30,641 nt of DNA, taken from NCBI GenBank assembly GCA_965649225.1, contig CBFGJX010000025.1, positions 1 through 30,641 on the forward strand. Reading direction: 5' to 3'. This document shows, piece by piece, positions 1 to 7,869 of the stretch. The position numbers and the translations under genes were made by a program. Each line of letters opens with the position of its first letter. Within the stretch, counting starts at the first letter, position 1. Below the pieces are notes generated by a model. That model was not told the DNA's origin. It did not search any database and was given only the letters and a program-made list of their open reading frames with translations. The DNA is from a candidate division WOR-3 bacterium (GTDB taxonomy: Bacteria > Hydrothermota > Tepidihabitantia > Tepidihabitantales > Tepidihabitantaceae).

Positions 1-2425
1 GATACAGGTCGTCCCAGAGCAGACAGAGGTTGGCCGGCTGAGCACCGTCGGGCAGACTGACATTGGAGTAGCTCGAGCTGGTGGTCGAGCCGGGCGCTAT
101 CCAGCCGTTGGAGCAGATGCTGACCTGAGTGAAGTTCTGGCCATAGTAGCGCCAGGGCCCGAACGCCGGCGGCAGACTGACAACCGCGGTCTGGTCGTCG
201 GAGAGCGTCAGCCGGGTGCCGACACCGTTGATTTCCACCCACCCAAACTGCGGCCGCTGGGCATAGCCCGAATCGACGTCGTCGTAGGCCCAGTACCGGG
301 CCGGCTGCCGCGGGCCGTCCGGTATCGGGTCAACCGCCCGCAGTTCACCGACGACGATGTCGAAGGCGATGCTATCGCTGTAATCACTGCCCGACAACGC
401 AAGTACCAGTCGTGCCGAGTGTTCGCGCGGAGTCAGGGCCGAGGCCGCGACTCTGAACGCGTCGGCCGAGTTGGAGCGCACCGAGTCCGGCCCGACATCG
501 CCCCACGAACCGGTTGAGTCGGTGACCGACAAGTAAGCGTCCGCGGTGCGCAGCACCCCGGTCAGGCCGGTCACGCCGACCCGTCCGACATTGCGCAGGA
601 CAACGGTCAGAGCCGCGTTTTCGCCCGGGTCGAGTTTGCCATCGTTGTTGCCGCCGGGCGGGGTGTCGATGACTGTCCAGCTTTCGAGCAGCAGCGCCGG
701 TGCGTTGACTGGGTCCGCCTCGATCGCGTCAAGGTCAAATCCGGCATGCGGCCCGGTCGGCCCGACATTGTCGTCAGCGATCCGCACAAACCGTGCCGTG
801 CTCATGCCCACGGCAGAAAGGTCGTAACCCTGAGTCCCGGTGCCAAAGCCCAGATACCTCCAAGGCCCGTTCCAGTTATTGGCGACATAAACGCTGCAGG
901 CCTCAGGGTCGGCATCGTCCTCGACCACGAAGAAGTCGTTGCCCGGACCGTTGATTATCGGCGTGCGCTTGCCCATGTCCCAGGTTGACCAGCCGCCGTT
1001 ACCAAGTGAAAAGTTCCGGCCGTCGCGCCGACCCAGCGCCCACGCCGCCATGGTCGGGTTGGTGTTGGCGGAGTCCTCCCTTATCTTGTTGGCGACCACG
1101 CGGAACGCCGTTATCGGTTCGGCCGAATCAGGCACCAGCGCGACATTGATGCCAACGCAGGATTCACCCGGCACGACAACCCCGCTCACAATCTTTGTCC
1201 GATAGCCATTGGACTCGACTCTGAGCGAGTAGGTCCCGCCATGCAGATACTTGTGGAAGTAGCCGATGGAATCAGTGTAGGTAAACCAGTCCGGTGGAAT
1301 CGCGGTCACGCGGGCATACAACGGCCGGCCACTCAGTGAGTCAGTCACATAGCCGTTGACACCGCGGATGATGCGTTGCAACTGACCCTTCATCGCCCGC
1401 CAGTTGCGGGCATTGATTGTGTCTATCTCACTTGGCTGCGAGGGCTGACCGTTACAGACCTCGTGCGCCAGACCAAGCGCTCCAGCCGCACCGTAGTACC
1501 AGTCGGTCGAGCCACCATGCACCGAGTACAGCCCGCGCGAAATCTGGTAGGCAGGATAGCCGGCGACCGCACCGTAGGTCTGGGTCTCGTAGGCGTGGTC
1601 AACCGAATCCATCGTCGCCTTGGTCGTGTAGCCCCAAGGCCACATCGAGGCAGTCGTGCCGCTGTGGTACTGGGTCCACATCGCCATCGGGTTCTCCTGT
1701 GCAAGATGATAGAACGACTGCACCTCGGGCTCGGAAAACACCCCGGGGCCGCCAGCATCCCAGGAGTAACCGTAGTTGCGGTTGCAGTCGACTCCATGGC
1801 CGTTATAGCGGGACCGAGCGATCAGACCATCCGGATTTGACATCGGAATCAGCCATATTTCACGCGTGTTCACCCAGCGGGTGATGTCCGGGTCGACACC
1901 GTAGAGCGAAACCAGTTGAATCAACGCAAAGTGGGCGATTTCACAGCCATTGTTCTCATTGCCGTGAATCGAGAAGTCGTAACAGATGCGCGGCTCGCCC
2001 TCCATCACGGTTGGATTGTCCGAAACCTTCATCGCCAGCATCAGATTGCCGTTGGCCGACCTCCCGATCGTATCGAGCACGCAGATGCTCGGGTTGTTTC
2101 GGGCAATAATTGCCCAGGTATCCCGCAATTGCTCGTAGGTGTGAAAGAAACCTTCCAGCGAACGGGCGCGGGCTTCAACATCCGGCACCAGTACATCAAT
2201 TTTGAAACCCCGTGCCTGCAGCGCTCGATAAGTCGGCTCGGTAATACCGCAGGTGACTCCTGTGGGCGTCACTTCATAAAACTCAAGTACATCGTCTGCT
2301 ATTTCAGCAATCCGCTCGGCCGGAATGACAACTCTGACCGTCATCTCGCGCGGCATCTCACGGGCAGCAATAGTACTTACCGCGAGCAGAGCCGCAGCGA
2401 ACATTGTCAGCACGACACGCGACAC
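1..2425 (-). CDS. Secreted M14 zinc carboxypeptidase with accessory Ig-like and C-terminal modules (3' end beyond the window edge)
   Basis: Translated by hand; absent from the ORF track because no stop falls in the window. GTG start at 2425 after AAGGAGG, signal-like N-terminus MSRVVLTMFAAALLAVSTIAA. Zinc motif IHGNE, plus NPDG, DCNRNY, YHSG and AHEV. Then a carboxypeptidase-regulatory-like domain (VNGYVTDSLSGRPL), a GNNDGKLDPGE Ig-like module, and a module ending ...LLWDDLY at the edge, in the same frame as the start. Confidence 0.9.
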   Translation of the reverse strand, partial: MSRVVLTMFAAALLAVSTIAAREMPREMTVRVVIPAERIAEIADDVLEFYEVTPTGVTCGITEPTYRALQARGFKIDVLVPDVEARARSLEGFFHTYEQLRDTWAIIARNNPSICVLDTIGRSANGNLMLAMKVSDNPTVMEGEPRICYDFSIHGNENNGCEIAHFALIQLVSLYGVDPDITRWVNTREIWLIPMSNPDGLIARSRYNGHGVDCNRNYGYSWDAGGPGVFSEPEVQSFYHLAQENPMAMWTQYHSGTTASMWPWGYTTKATMDSVDHAYETQTYGAVAGYPAYQISRGLYSVHGGSTDWYYGAAGALGLAHEVCNGQPSQPSEIDTINARNWRAMKGQLQRIIRGVNGYVTDSLSGRPLYARVTAIPPDWFTYTDSIGYFHKYLHGGTYSLRVESNGYRTKIVSGVVVPGESCVGINVALVPDSAEPITAFRVVANKIREDSANTNPTMAAWALGRRDGRNFSLGNGGWSTWDMGKRTPIINGPGNDFFVVEDDADPEACSVYVANNWNGPWRYLGFGTGTQGYDLSAVGMSTARFVRIADDNVGPTGPHAGFDLDAIEADPVNAPALLLESWTVIDTPPGGNNDGKLDPGENAALTVVLRNVGRVGVTGLTGVLRTADAYLSVTDSTGSWGDVGPDSVRSNSADAFRVAASALTPREHSARLVLALSGSDYSDSIAFDIVVGELRAVDPIPDGPRQPARYWAYDDVDSGYAQRPQFGWVEINGVGTRLTLSDDQTAVVSLPPAFGPWRYYGQNFTQVSICSNGWIAPGSTTSSSYSNVSLPDGAQPANLCLLWDDLY

Positions 2426-2456
2426 ATGGCCTCCTTACTGTGAATCGGCTGCCGAA

Positions 2457-2484
2457 ATAATAACCCGGTCCGCCCGGATGTAAA
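2457..2484 (-). promoter_or_regulatory. Sigma70-type promoter candidate for the M14 gene
   Basis: TTTACA-16 nt-TATTAT on the minus strand, about 30 nt upstream of the start. Confidence 0.5.
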
Positions 2485-2558
2485 GCACACTCGGTCGCGG
2501 TTTCGTACTGTCTGAATCAGCCTTGCCCACTTCGCCCGTCCCCTGTCGGCACCGGTTG

Positions 2559-2587
2559 TTGCGCCAGCCGTGTGAGAATGCTAGAAT
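2559..2587 (+). promoter_or_regulatory. Sigma70-type promoter candidate (leaderless geometry) for the PLD gene
   Basis: TTGCGC-17 nt-TAGAAT with extended TGn; GTG start lies 5 nt after the -10 box; no Shine-Dalgarno. Confidence 0.55.
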
Positions 2588-2592
2588 AGCTC

Positions 2593-4308
2593 GTGAGACG
2601 TGCCGCTCTTGCAATCTCGCTGTTCCTGACGACTGCCGCCGGGTCGCTGCTTGCAAACGCCGGGTTCGAAAACTGGCTCAACGACAGCACACCTGAGGTC
2701 TGGCGGGTCGAATCCCGTTCCCGAACCGGGGTCGAGTTTGAGACCGACACGGTCAACAGCGGCAGCCGCTCCTGCCGTCTGATCCGTCGCATCGCCGGGC
2801 AGGGATACAACAGCGGCCTGTTACAGCGTGTAGCGGTCGTTCCGGGCCGGGAATACATCACCGGGCTCTTCTGCTTGGACAACAACGAAGATGCCGCCAT
2901 CGGAATCGTTGTCAGCTGGCGTGACCGGGATTCCGGCTATCTGTCTTCGACGCCAGTACGGCAGTCGGGCAATCTGCCTGACTGGCAGCGGTTAAGCGAC
3001 ACCGTAACCGCCCCGTCGAATGCCGCCTGGGCCGACTTCATAATCCGTGCCTATGGTACGACCAACGCCCCGGCCGGTATCAGCCTGCTGGTTGATGACG
3101 CAGTCATGCAACCAATCGGGAGTGCGCCCGAATCAATCAAAATCTGGTTCGTCCAGGACAGCCTGGCCGCCCGTCTCATTGACTTCTTCCGCGCTGCACG
3201 TCGTTCGCTGGACTACTGCTGTTACAACTCATCCCGTCCGGACGTCAACGCCGCGCTCATCGAAGCCCACTCGCGTGGCGTTGCCTTGCGGGTCATAACT
3301 GACAACGCCCGACTGCAGAATCAGTGGGTTATGGACCTGCGAGCAGCCGGTATTCCGGTCTGGTCTGATTCTGTTGGGCCTAACTCTGCCGCCTACATGC
3401 ATAACAAATTTGCGATTCGGGATGCTGCGGATGCCGACACCTCGGACGACATCGTCTGGCTGGCAACCTACAACCCCAACATCAATGAGGTTCACGCCGA
3501 CTGTGCACTGGAACTGCCCGGACCAGCTCTGGCACGGCTCTTTCAGCTTGAGTTCAACCAGATGTGGGGCGACACCGGCCGGTTGCCCAGTCCGCAGCTC
3601 GCCCGCTTCCACACCGGCAAGCGGAACGTTCTCCCTACCCGCGCGGCAAACGTCTGCGGCACAACTGTCCGCGTCTTTTTCGGACCGCAGGACCGCATTG
3701 TTGACACCATAACTGCTCTGGTCAGCCAGTCAGCACGGGAAGTATTCTTTGCCATCAATTCATTCACCTACGATCCGCTGGGCGATGCAATGTACAACAT
3801 CTGGCACAGCGGCCGCTGGGTCGGCGGTACCATTGACCGGGCCGGCGCCCTTGATCCCAACTCGGAGTTCCCCCGGCTGCGCGACTGGGGAATCCCCATT
3901 CTCATCGATTCTTTCCCCGCCGGCAACGGTACTGTCCACGAGAAGTTCATGGTCATCGACTCATCGACGGCGATAGTCGGATCGGCCAACTGGTCGCAGA
4001 ACGCCAATCTCGCCAATGACGAAAGTGTGATTGTTTTCAACCAACCCGACGTAGCAAACCGACTGATCGCCGAGGCGGCTCGTCGTTACCACGAATCAGG
4101 TGGAAACTACCCCCCGGCAGTTGTCGAAGCCGTTCCCTTGAAACTCCCTCGAACTGAGCTTACTCCCAGCATCAGTGTCGCGACGGCCGGGTTTGAGGGT
4201 GAACTTTACGATGTCACCGGCCGCCGCGCTGAAAACCGCTTCAGCAGAGTTGGAGTCTACTTTGTCGCCCGCGCCGGCAGACTGCACAAGCTGCTACTTG
4301 TCCGCTGA
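2593..4308 (+). CDS. Secreted phospholipase D-superfamily protein (two HKD motifs) with an N-terminal CBM4/9-like domain and short T9SS-like tail
   Basis: Signal peptide; NAGFENW jelly-roll start; HNKFAIRD and HEKFMVID...GSANWS motifs; tail LYDVTGR...GVYFV...KLLLVR. Confidence 0.85.
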   Translation: MRRAALAISLFLTTAAGSLLANAGFENWLNDSTPEVWRVESRSRTGVEFETDTVNSGSRSCRLIRRIAGQGYNSGLLQRVAVVPGREYITGLFCLDNNEDAAIGIVVSWRDRDSGYLSSTPVRQSGNLPDWQRLSDTVTAPSNAAWADFIIRAYGTTNAPAGISLLVDDAVMQPIGSAPESIKIWFVQDSLAARLIDFFRAARRSLDYCCYNSSRPDVNAALIEAHSRGVALRVITDNARLQNQWVMDLRAAGIPVWSDSVGPNSAAYMHNKFAIRDAADADTSDDIVWLATYNPNINEVHADCALELPGPALARLFQLEFNQMWGDTGRLPSPQLARFHTGKRNVLPTRAANVCGTTVRVFFGPQDRIVDTITALVSQSAREVFFAINSFTYDPLGDAMYNIWHSGRWVGGTIDRAGALDPNSEFPRLRDWGIPILIDSFPAGNGTVHEKFMVIDSSTAIVGSANWSQNANLANDESVIVFNQPDVANRLIAEAARRYHESGGNYPPAVVEAVPLKLPRTELTPSISVATAGFEGELYDVTGRRAENRFSRVGVYFVARAGRLHKLLLVR

Positions 4309-4374
4309 GAATTCCACCATCGCAAAACAAAGACAGCCATCTGACAGTACCCCGGAGACGCCGTCACTGCCGGT

Positions 4375-4403
4375 TTGACACACCGGCAGCGGCTCGATAC
4401 ACT
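4375..4403 (+). promoter_or_regulatory. Sigma70 promoter candidate for buk-iorAB
   Basis: TTGACA-17 nt-TACACT, 8 nt before the GTG start. Confidence 0.65.
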
Positions 4404-4411
4404 GAAAGTCC

Positions 4412-5500
4412 GTGAGAATCCTGACCATAAATCCGGGCGGCGGCAGCACAAAAATCAGTCTGTTCGACAACCGCCGCCGGATACTCGCTGAAACAATCAC
4501 CCATCCCGCCCATCAACTCGCTCGTTTCCGCCACGTCCTTGACCAGTACGCCATGCGCCGGGACGCCATTCTGTCCGTCCTGCAGCAACACGGCATTGCG
4601 CTGCAATCAATCGGAGCCATTGCGACCCGCGGTGGCCCGCTGCTGCCGCTGCCACCCGGTGTGTTTCGTGTCACACCCCTGGTCGTCAAGGACATTCAAC
4701 GGGGACGCTACCAGACCGTTCATCCCTCACTCTTGGGCCCGCTCATCGCCTACGAATTGAGCACAAGCTTCGGAATTCCAGCCTGGTTCGTGGACCCCGA
4801 ATCCGCCGACCAGATGATCCCGGAAGCCCGCCTTACCGGGTTGAAAGGCATACAACGGCGGGCGCTGTCGCACGCCCTCAGCTGCCACGCTGCTGCCCGT
4901 ACGGCAGCCCGACTGCTGAAGAAAGACTACCAGGACTGCCGGTTGGTGGTAGTGCACCTCGGCACCGGGATAACCGTCGCGGCACATGTCAAGGGCCGCC
5001 AGATTGACGCCACCAATGCCAACGACGAGGGCCCCTTTTCCCCTCAGCGCTCCGGAACTCTCCCCATCTCCGCGCTTGTTCACCTGTGCTTTTCCGGCCG
5101 CTACGCCGAAGCAGAAGTGCTGGACATCTGCCAGCGTCAGGCCGGTCTTTTGTCACTGCTGCACACCGAGGACATTCGCCGGGTGGAAACCCGGATCGCC
5201 GACGGCGACACCGATGCCCGGCTTGCGTTCAACGCCATGGTCTACGCTATTGCCAAGGAAATTGGCGCTTACGCCGTTGCCTGTGGCAGCCGTCCTGACG
5301 CGATTGTCATCACTGGCGGATTGACTTTTTCAAAGCTGCTAATCAGGACGTTACGCCGGTGGCTCCTGCCGCACTTTCCGCGCGTGATCGTCCTCAAGGG
5401 CGAGGTGGAATCAGTCGCGATGGCCAGCCGGGTTATCGATGTGATGAACGGTACCGAGAAAGAAAAGGACTATGCCAAGGAAACTTCTGTCCGGCGATGA
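4412..5500 (+). CDS. buk: Butyrate kinase family protein (divergent)
   Basis: ILTINPG..STK, TRGG, HAL, HLG.GITV, EGPFSP.RSG and ITGGL motifs of the acetate/butyrate kinase family; 362 aa. Confidence 0.85.
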   Translation: MRILTINPGGGSTKISLFDNRRRILAETITHPAHQLARFRHVLDQYAMRRDAILSVLQQHGIALQSIGAIATRGGPLLPLPPGVFRVTPLVVKDIQRGRYQTVHPSLLGPLIAYELSTSFGIPAWFVDPESADQMIPEARLTGLKGIQRRALSHALSCHAAARTAARLLKKDYQDCRLVVVHLGTGITVAAHVKGRQIDATNANDEGPFSPQRSGTLPISALVHLCFSGRYAEAEVLDICQRQAGLLSLLHTEDIRRVETRIADGDTDARLAFNAMVYAIAKEIGAYAVACGSRPDAIVITGGLTFSKLLIRTLRRWLLPHFPRVIVLKGEVESVAMASRVIDVMNGTEKEKDYAKETSVRR

Positions 5501-7193
5501 AGCTGTTGCCCGAGGGGCTTGGGAAGCCGGCTGCCACGTCGCCGCCGCCTATCCCGGAACGCCCTCGACCGAAATCCTGGAGTCACTGGTTCAGTACGAA
5601 GATGTCTACTGCGAATGGTCGGTGAACGAGAAAGTCGCGCTGGAAGTTGCTCTTGGAGCTTCGATCGCCGGCGCCCGGGCGCTTGCGGCAATGAAACACG
5701 TCGGCCTCAATGTCGCTGCCGATCCACTGTTCTCTGCCGCCTACATCGGCGCCCACGGTGGTCTGGTAATCGTCACCGCCGACGATCCCGGTCTGCACTC
5801 CTCGCAGAACGAACAGGACAACCGTTACTATGGTCTGATGGCCCGGATCCCGGTACTCTGCCCAGCCGACAGTCAGGAAGCCAAGGATTTTACCCGGCTC
5901 GCCTTCGACATTTCTGAACAGTACGACATTCCGGTACTGCTCCGACTTACGACCCGGGTCGCCCATTCCAGCTCGCCAGTTGAACTCGGCGAACGCCAAG
6001 TCCGCACTCTGAAAGGCTACGAAAAGCGAATCCGCAAGACGATCATCCTTCCGGCATTTGCGGCCGAACGCCACGTTGATCTCGAAGCGAGACTCGACCG
6101 TCTGAAGGCCTTTGCCGAAACCGCTCCAGTAAACCGGGTGGAAAACGGCACCGGCGACATCGGAATTGTCTGTGACGGCGTCTGCTACCACTATGCCCGG
6201 GAAGTATTCCCCGATGCCCACTACCTGAAACTTGGAATGGTCTGGCCGTTTCCGACCGAACTCGCAACCAGTTTTGCCCGTCGGGTACGCGAGCTGCGGG
6301 TAATCGAGGAAGTCGATCCGTTCATTGAACTGCAGCTCCGGGCACTGGGCCTTGCGCCAATCGGCAAAGCACGACTTCCCCGCACTGGCGAACTGACCCC
6401 GGGTATCGTGCGCCGCTCGTTCAGCAGTGAAATTCCCCCTGACACCAGGCCGGAAACTGGCCTGCCGGGCCGACCACCGGCGCTTTGCCCCGGCTGCCCT
6501 CACGCCGGGATCTTTTTTGCCCTGCAGAAACAGAAAGTGTTCATCGGCGGCGATATCGGCTGCTATACGCTGGGTGCCCTGCCACCGCACAATGCGATGG
6601 ACACCTGTGTCGACATGGGCGCCTCTATTACCATTGCCCATGGCTTTGACAAGGCAACCGACAACAGTAATGAACTGGTGCGTGTCGCCTTCATCGGCGA
6701 CTCAACCTTCTTCCATTCTGGCATTACCGGCCTGGTCAACGTCGCCTACAATCGCAGCCGAGTGATCACGATCATTTCCGACAACAGCACCACCGGCATG
6801 ACCGGACATCAGGATCACCCCGGGACCGGTCGCACCATCTCAGGCGAACGCACTGTGTCAATCGATACCGCAGCACTGGCACGGGCCTGTGGCATCGAAA
6901 AGGTTATCGAGGTCGACCCATACCGTGCCCGCGAAACCCGACAAACAGTCCGGCAGCTGCTGCGCGAACCCGGACCAGCGGTAATAATCAACCGACGCCC
7001 CTGTGCGTTGCTGATTGGCCTGCGTAACCCGCCCCGACACGTCGATCGGGACAAGTGCATTGCCTGTCGAACCTGCATTAGTCTGGGCTGTCCGGCACTG
7101 TCCATGAAAGACGGCAAATCCCACATCGCCGAGTCGGTGTGTGTCGGCTGTGGTACCTGTGCTGATGTCTGCCCGAAGGAGGCAATCCAATGA
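5472..7193 (+). CDS. iorA: Indolepyruvate:ferredoxin oxidoreductase alpha subunit
   Basis: GDEAVARGA, AYPGTPSTE, MKHVGLNVAAD, SSQNEQD, CPGCPH, GDIGCY, TPP motif GDSTFFHSG..DN and a C-terminal 2x[4Fe-4S] ferredoxin. Overlaps buk by 29 nt. Confidence 0.95.
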   Translation: MPRKLLSGDEAVARGAWEAGCHVAAAYPGTPSTEILESLVQYEDVYCEWSVNEKVALEVALGASIAGARALAAMKHVGLNVAADPLFSAAYIGAHGGLVIVTADDPGLHSSQNEQDNRYYGLMARIPVLCPADSQEAKDFTRLAFDISEQYDIPVLLRLTTRVAHSSSPVELGERQVRTLKGYEKRIRKTIILPAFAAERHVDLEARLDRLKAFAETAPVNRVENGTGDIGIVCDGVCYHYAREVFPDAHYLKLGMVWPFPTELATSFARRVRELRVIEEVDPFIELQLRALGLAPIGKARLPRTGELTPGIVRRSFSSEIPPDTRPETGLPGRPPALCPGCPHAGIFFALQKQKVFIGGDIGCYTLGALPPHNAMDTCVDMGASITIAHGFDKATDNSNELVRVAFIGDSTFFHSGITGLVNVAYNRSRVITIISDNSTTGMTGHQDHPGTGRTISGERTVSIDTAALARACGIEKVIEVDPYRARETRQTVRQLLREPGPAVIINRRPCALLIGLRNPPRHVDRDKCIACRTCISLGCPALSMKDGKSHIAESVCVGCGTCADVCPKEAIQ

Positions 7194-7807
7194 GCAACCA
7201 GACCGGCACCATCGCCGACCTGACAAACATCCTTGTCTGCGGTGTCGGCGGTCAGGGCGTAATTCTCTTCTCCAATGTCCTGTCCGGCATCGCCCTCGAC
7301 GCCGGCATGGAAGTCAAGAAAAGCGAGGTCCACGGCATGGCGCAGCGCGGCGGCAGTGTCACCTCACATGTTCGCTTCGGCTCCCGAGTTCACTCGCCAC
7401 TGATTGAAGAAGGCAAAGCCGACTTGGTAGTTGCATTCGAGCAGCTTGAGGCTCTCCGATATGTCCACTTTCTCGCGCCCTCAGGAATACTGGTGTTCGA
7501 CCCTCACCGGATTGAGCCGTTGCCGGTGCAGATCGGCTCGGTCGAACCACTCAGTGACGAAGAAATCGACCGCCGGCTTCAATCCCGCGGCGTCAAGCTC
7601 GTCCGCGTACCTGCCTTCAAAACAGCGACCGAAATGGGCACCCCCCGAGCGCAGAACGTCGTAATGCTCGGCGCTGTATCGTCCTTCCTGCCTTTCCCGG
7701 AAGACAGCTACTGCTCGGCAATCAAAACCCAGGTCAAGCCGGCTTTTGTCGAAATCAACCTCCGCGCTTTTGCGGCCGGACGGCAGTTGACTGCGTCCGG
7801 GATCTAG
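7190..7807 (+). CDS. iorB: Indolepyruvate:ferredoxin oxidoreductase beta subunit
   Basis: GVGGQG, SEVHGMAQRGGSV, NVVMLGA and NLRAF motifs; ATGA overlap with iorA. Confidence 0.95.
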   Translation: MSNQTGTIADLTNILVCGVGGQGVILFSNVLSGIALDAGMEVKKSEVHGMAQRGGSVTSHVRFGSRVHSPLIEEGKADLVVAFEQLEALRYVHFLAPSGILVFDPHRIEPLPVQIGSVEPLSDEEIDRRLQSRGVKLVRVPAFKTATEMGTPRAQNVVMLGAVSSFLPFPEDSYCSAIKTQVKPAFVEINLRAFAAGRQLTASGI

Positions 7808-7819
7808 CCAGTCTGCAAC

Positions 7820-7854
7820 AAAAAGAGGCGGGGGGGGCGTTGCCGCCCCCGCCT
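7820..7854 (-). terminator. Intrinsic terminator between convergent iorB and the S8 gene
   Basis: AGGCGGGGGCGGC-AAC-GCCCCCCCCGCCT stem (13 bp, one mismatch) followed by CTTTTT on the minus strand. Confidence 0.75.
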
Positions 7855-7869
7855 GCCAAACCGGAACTT

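Noticed and set aside
208..2443. Several short ORFs listed in the track
   Set aside because: All overlap the continuous minus-strand M14 frame at 1-2425.
5583..6641. 352-aa minus-strand ORF
   Set aside because: Antisense shadow of iorA.
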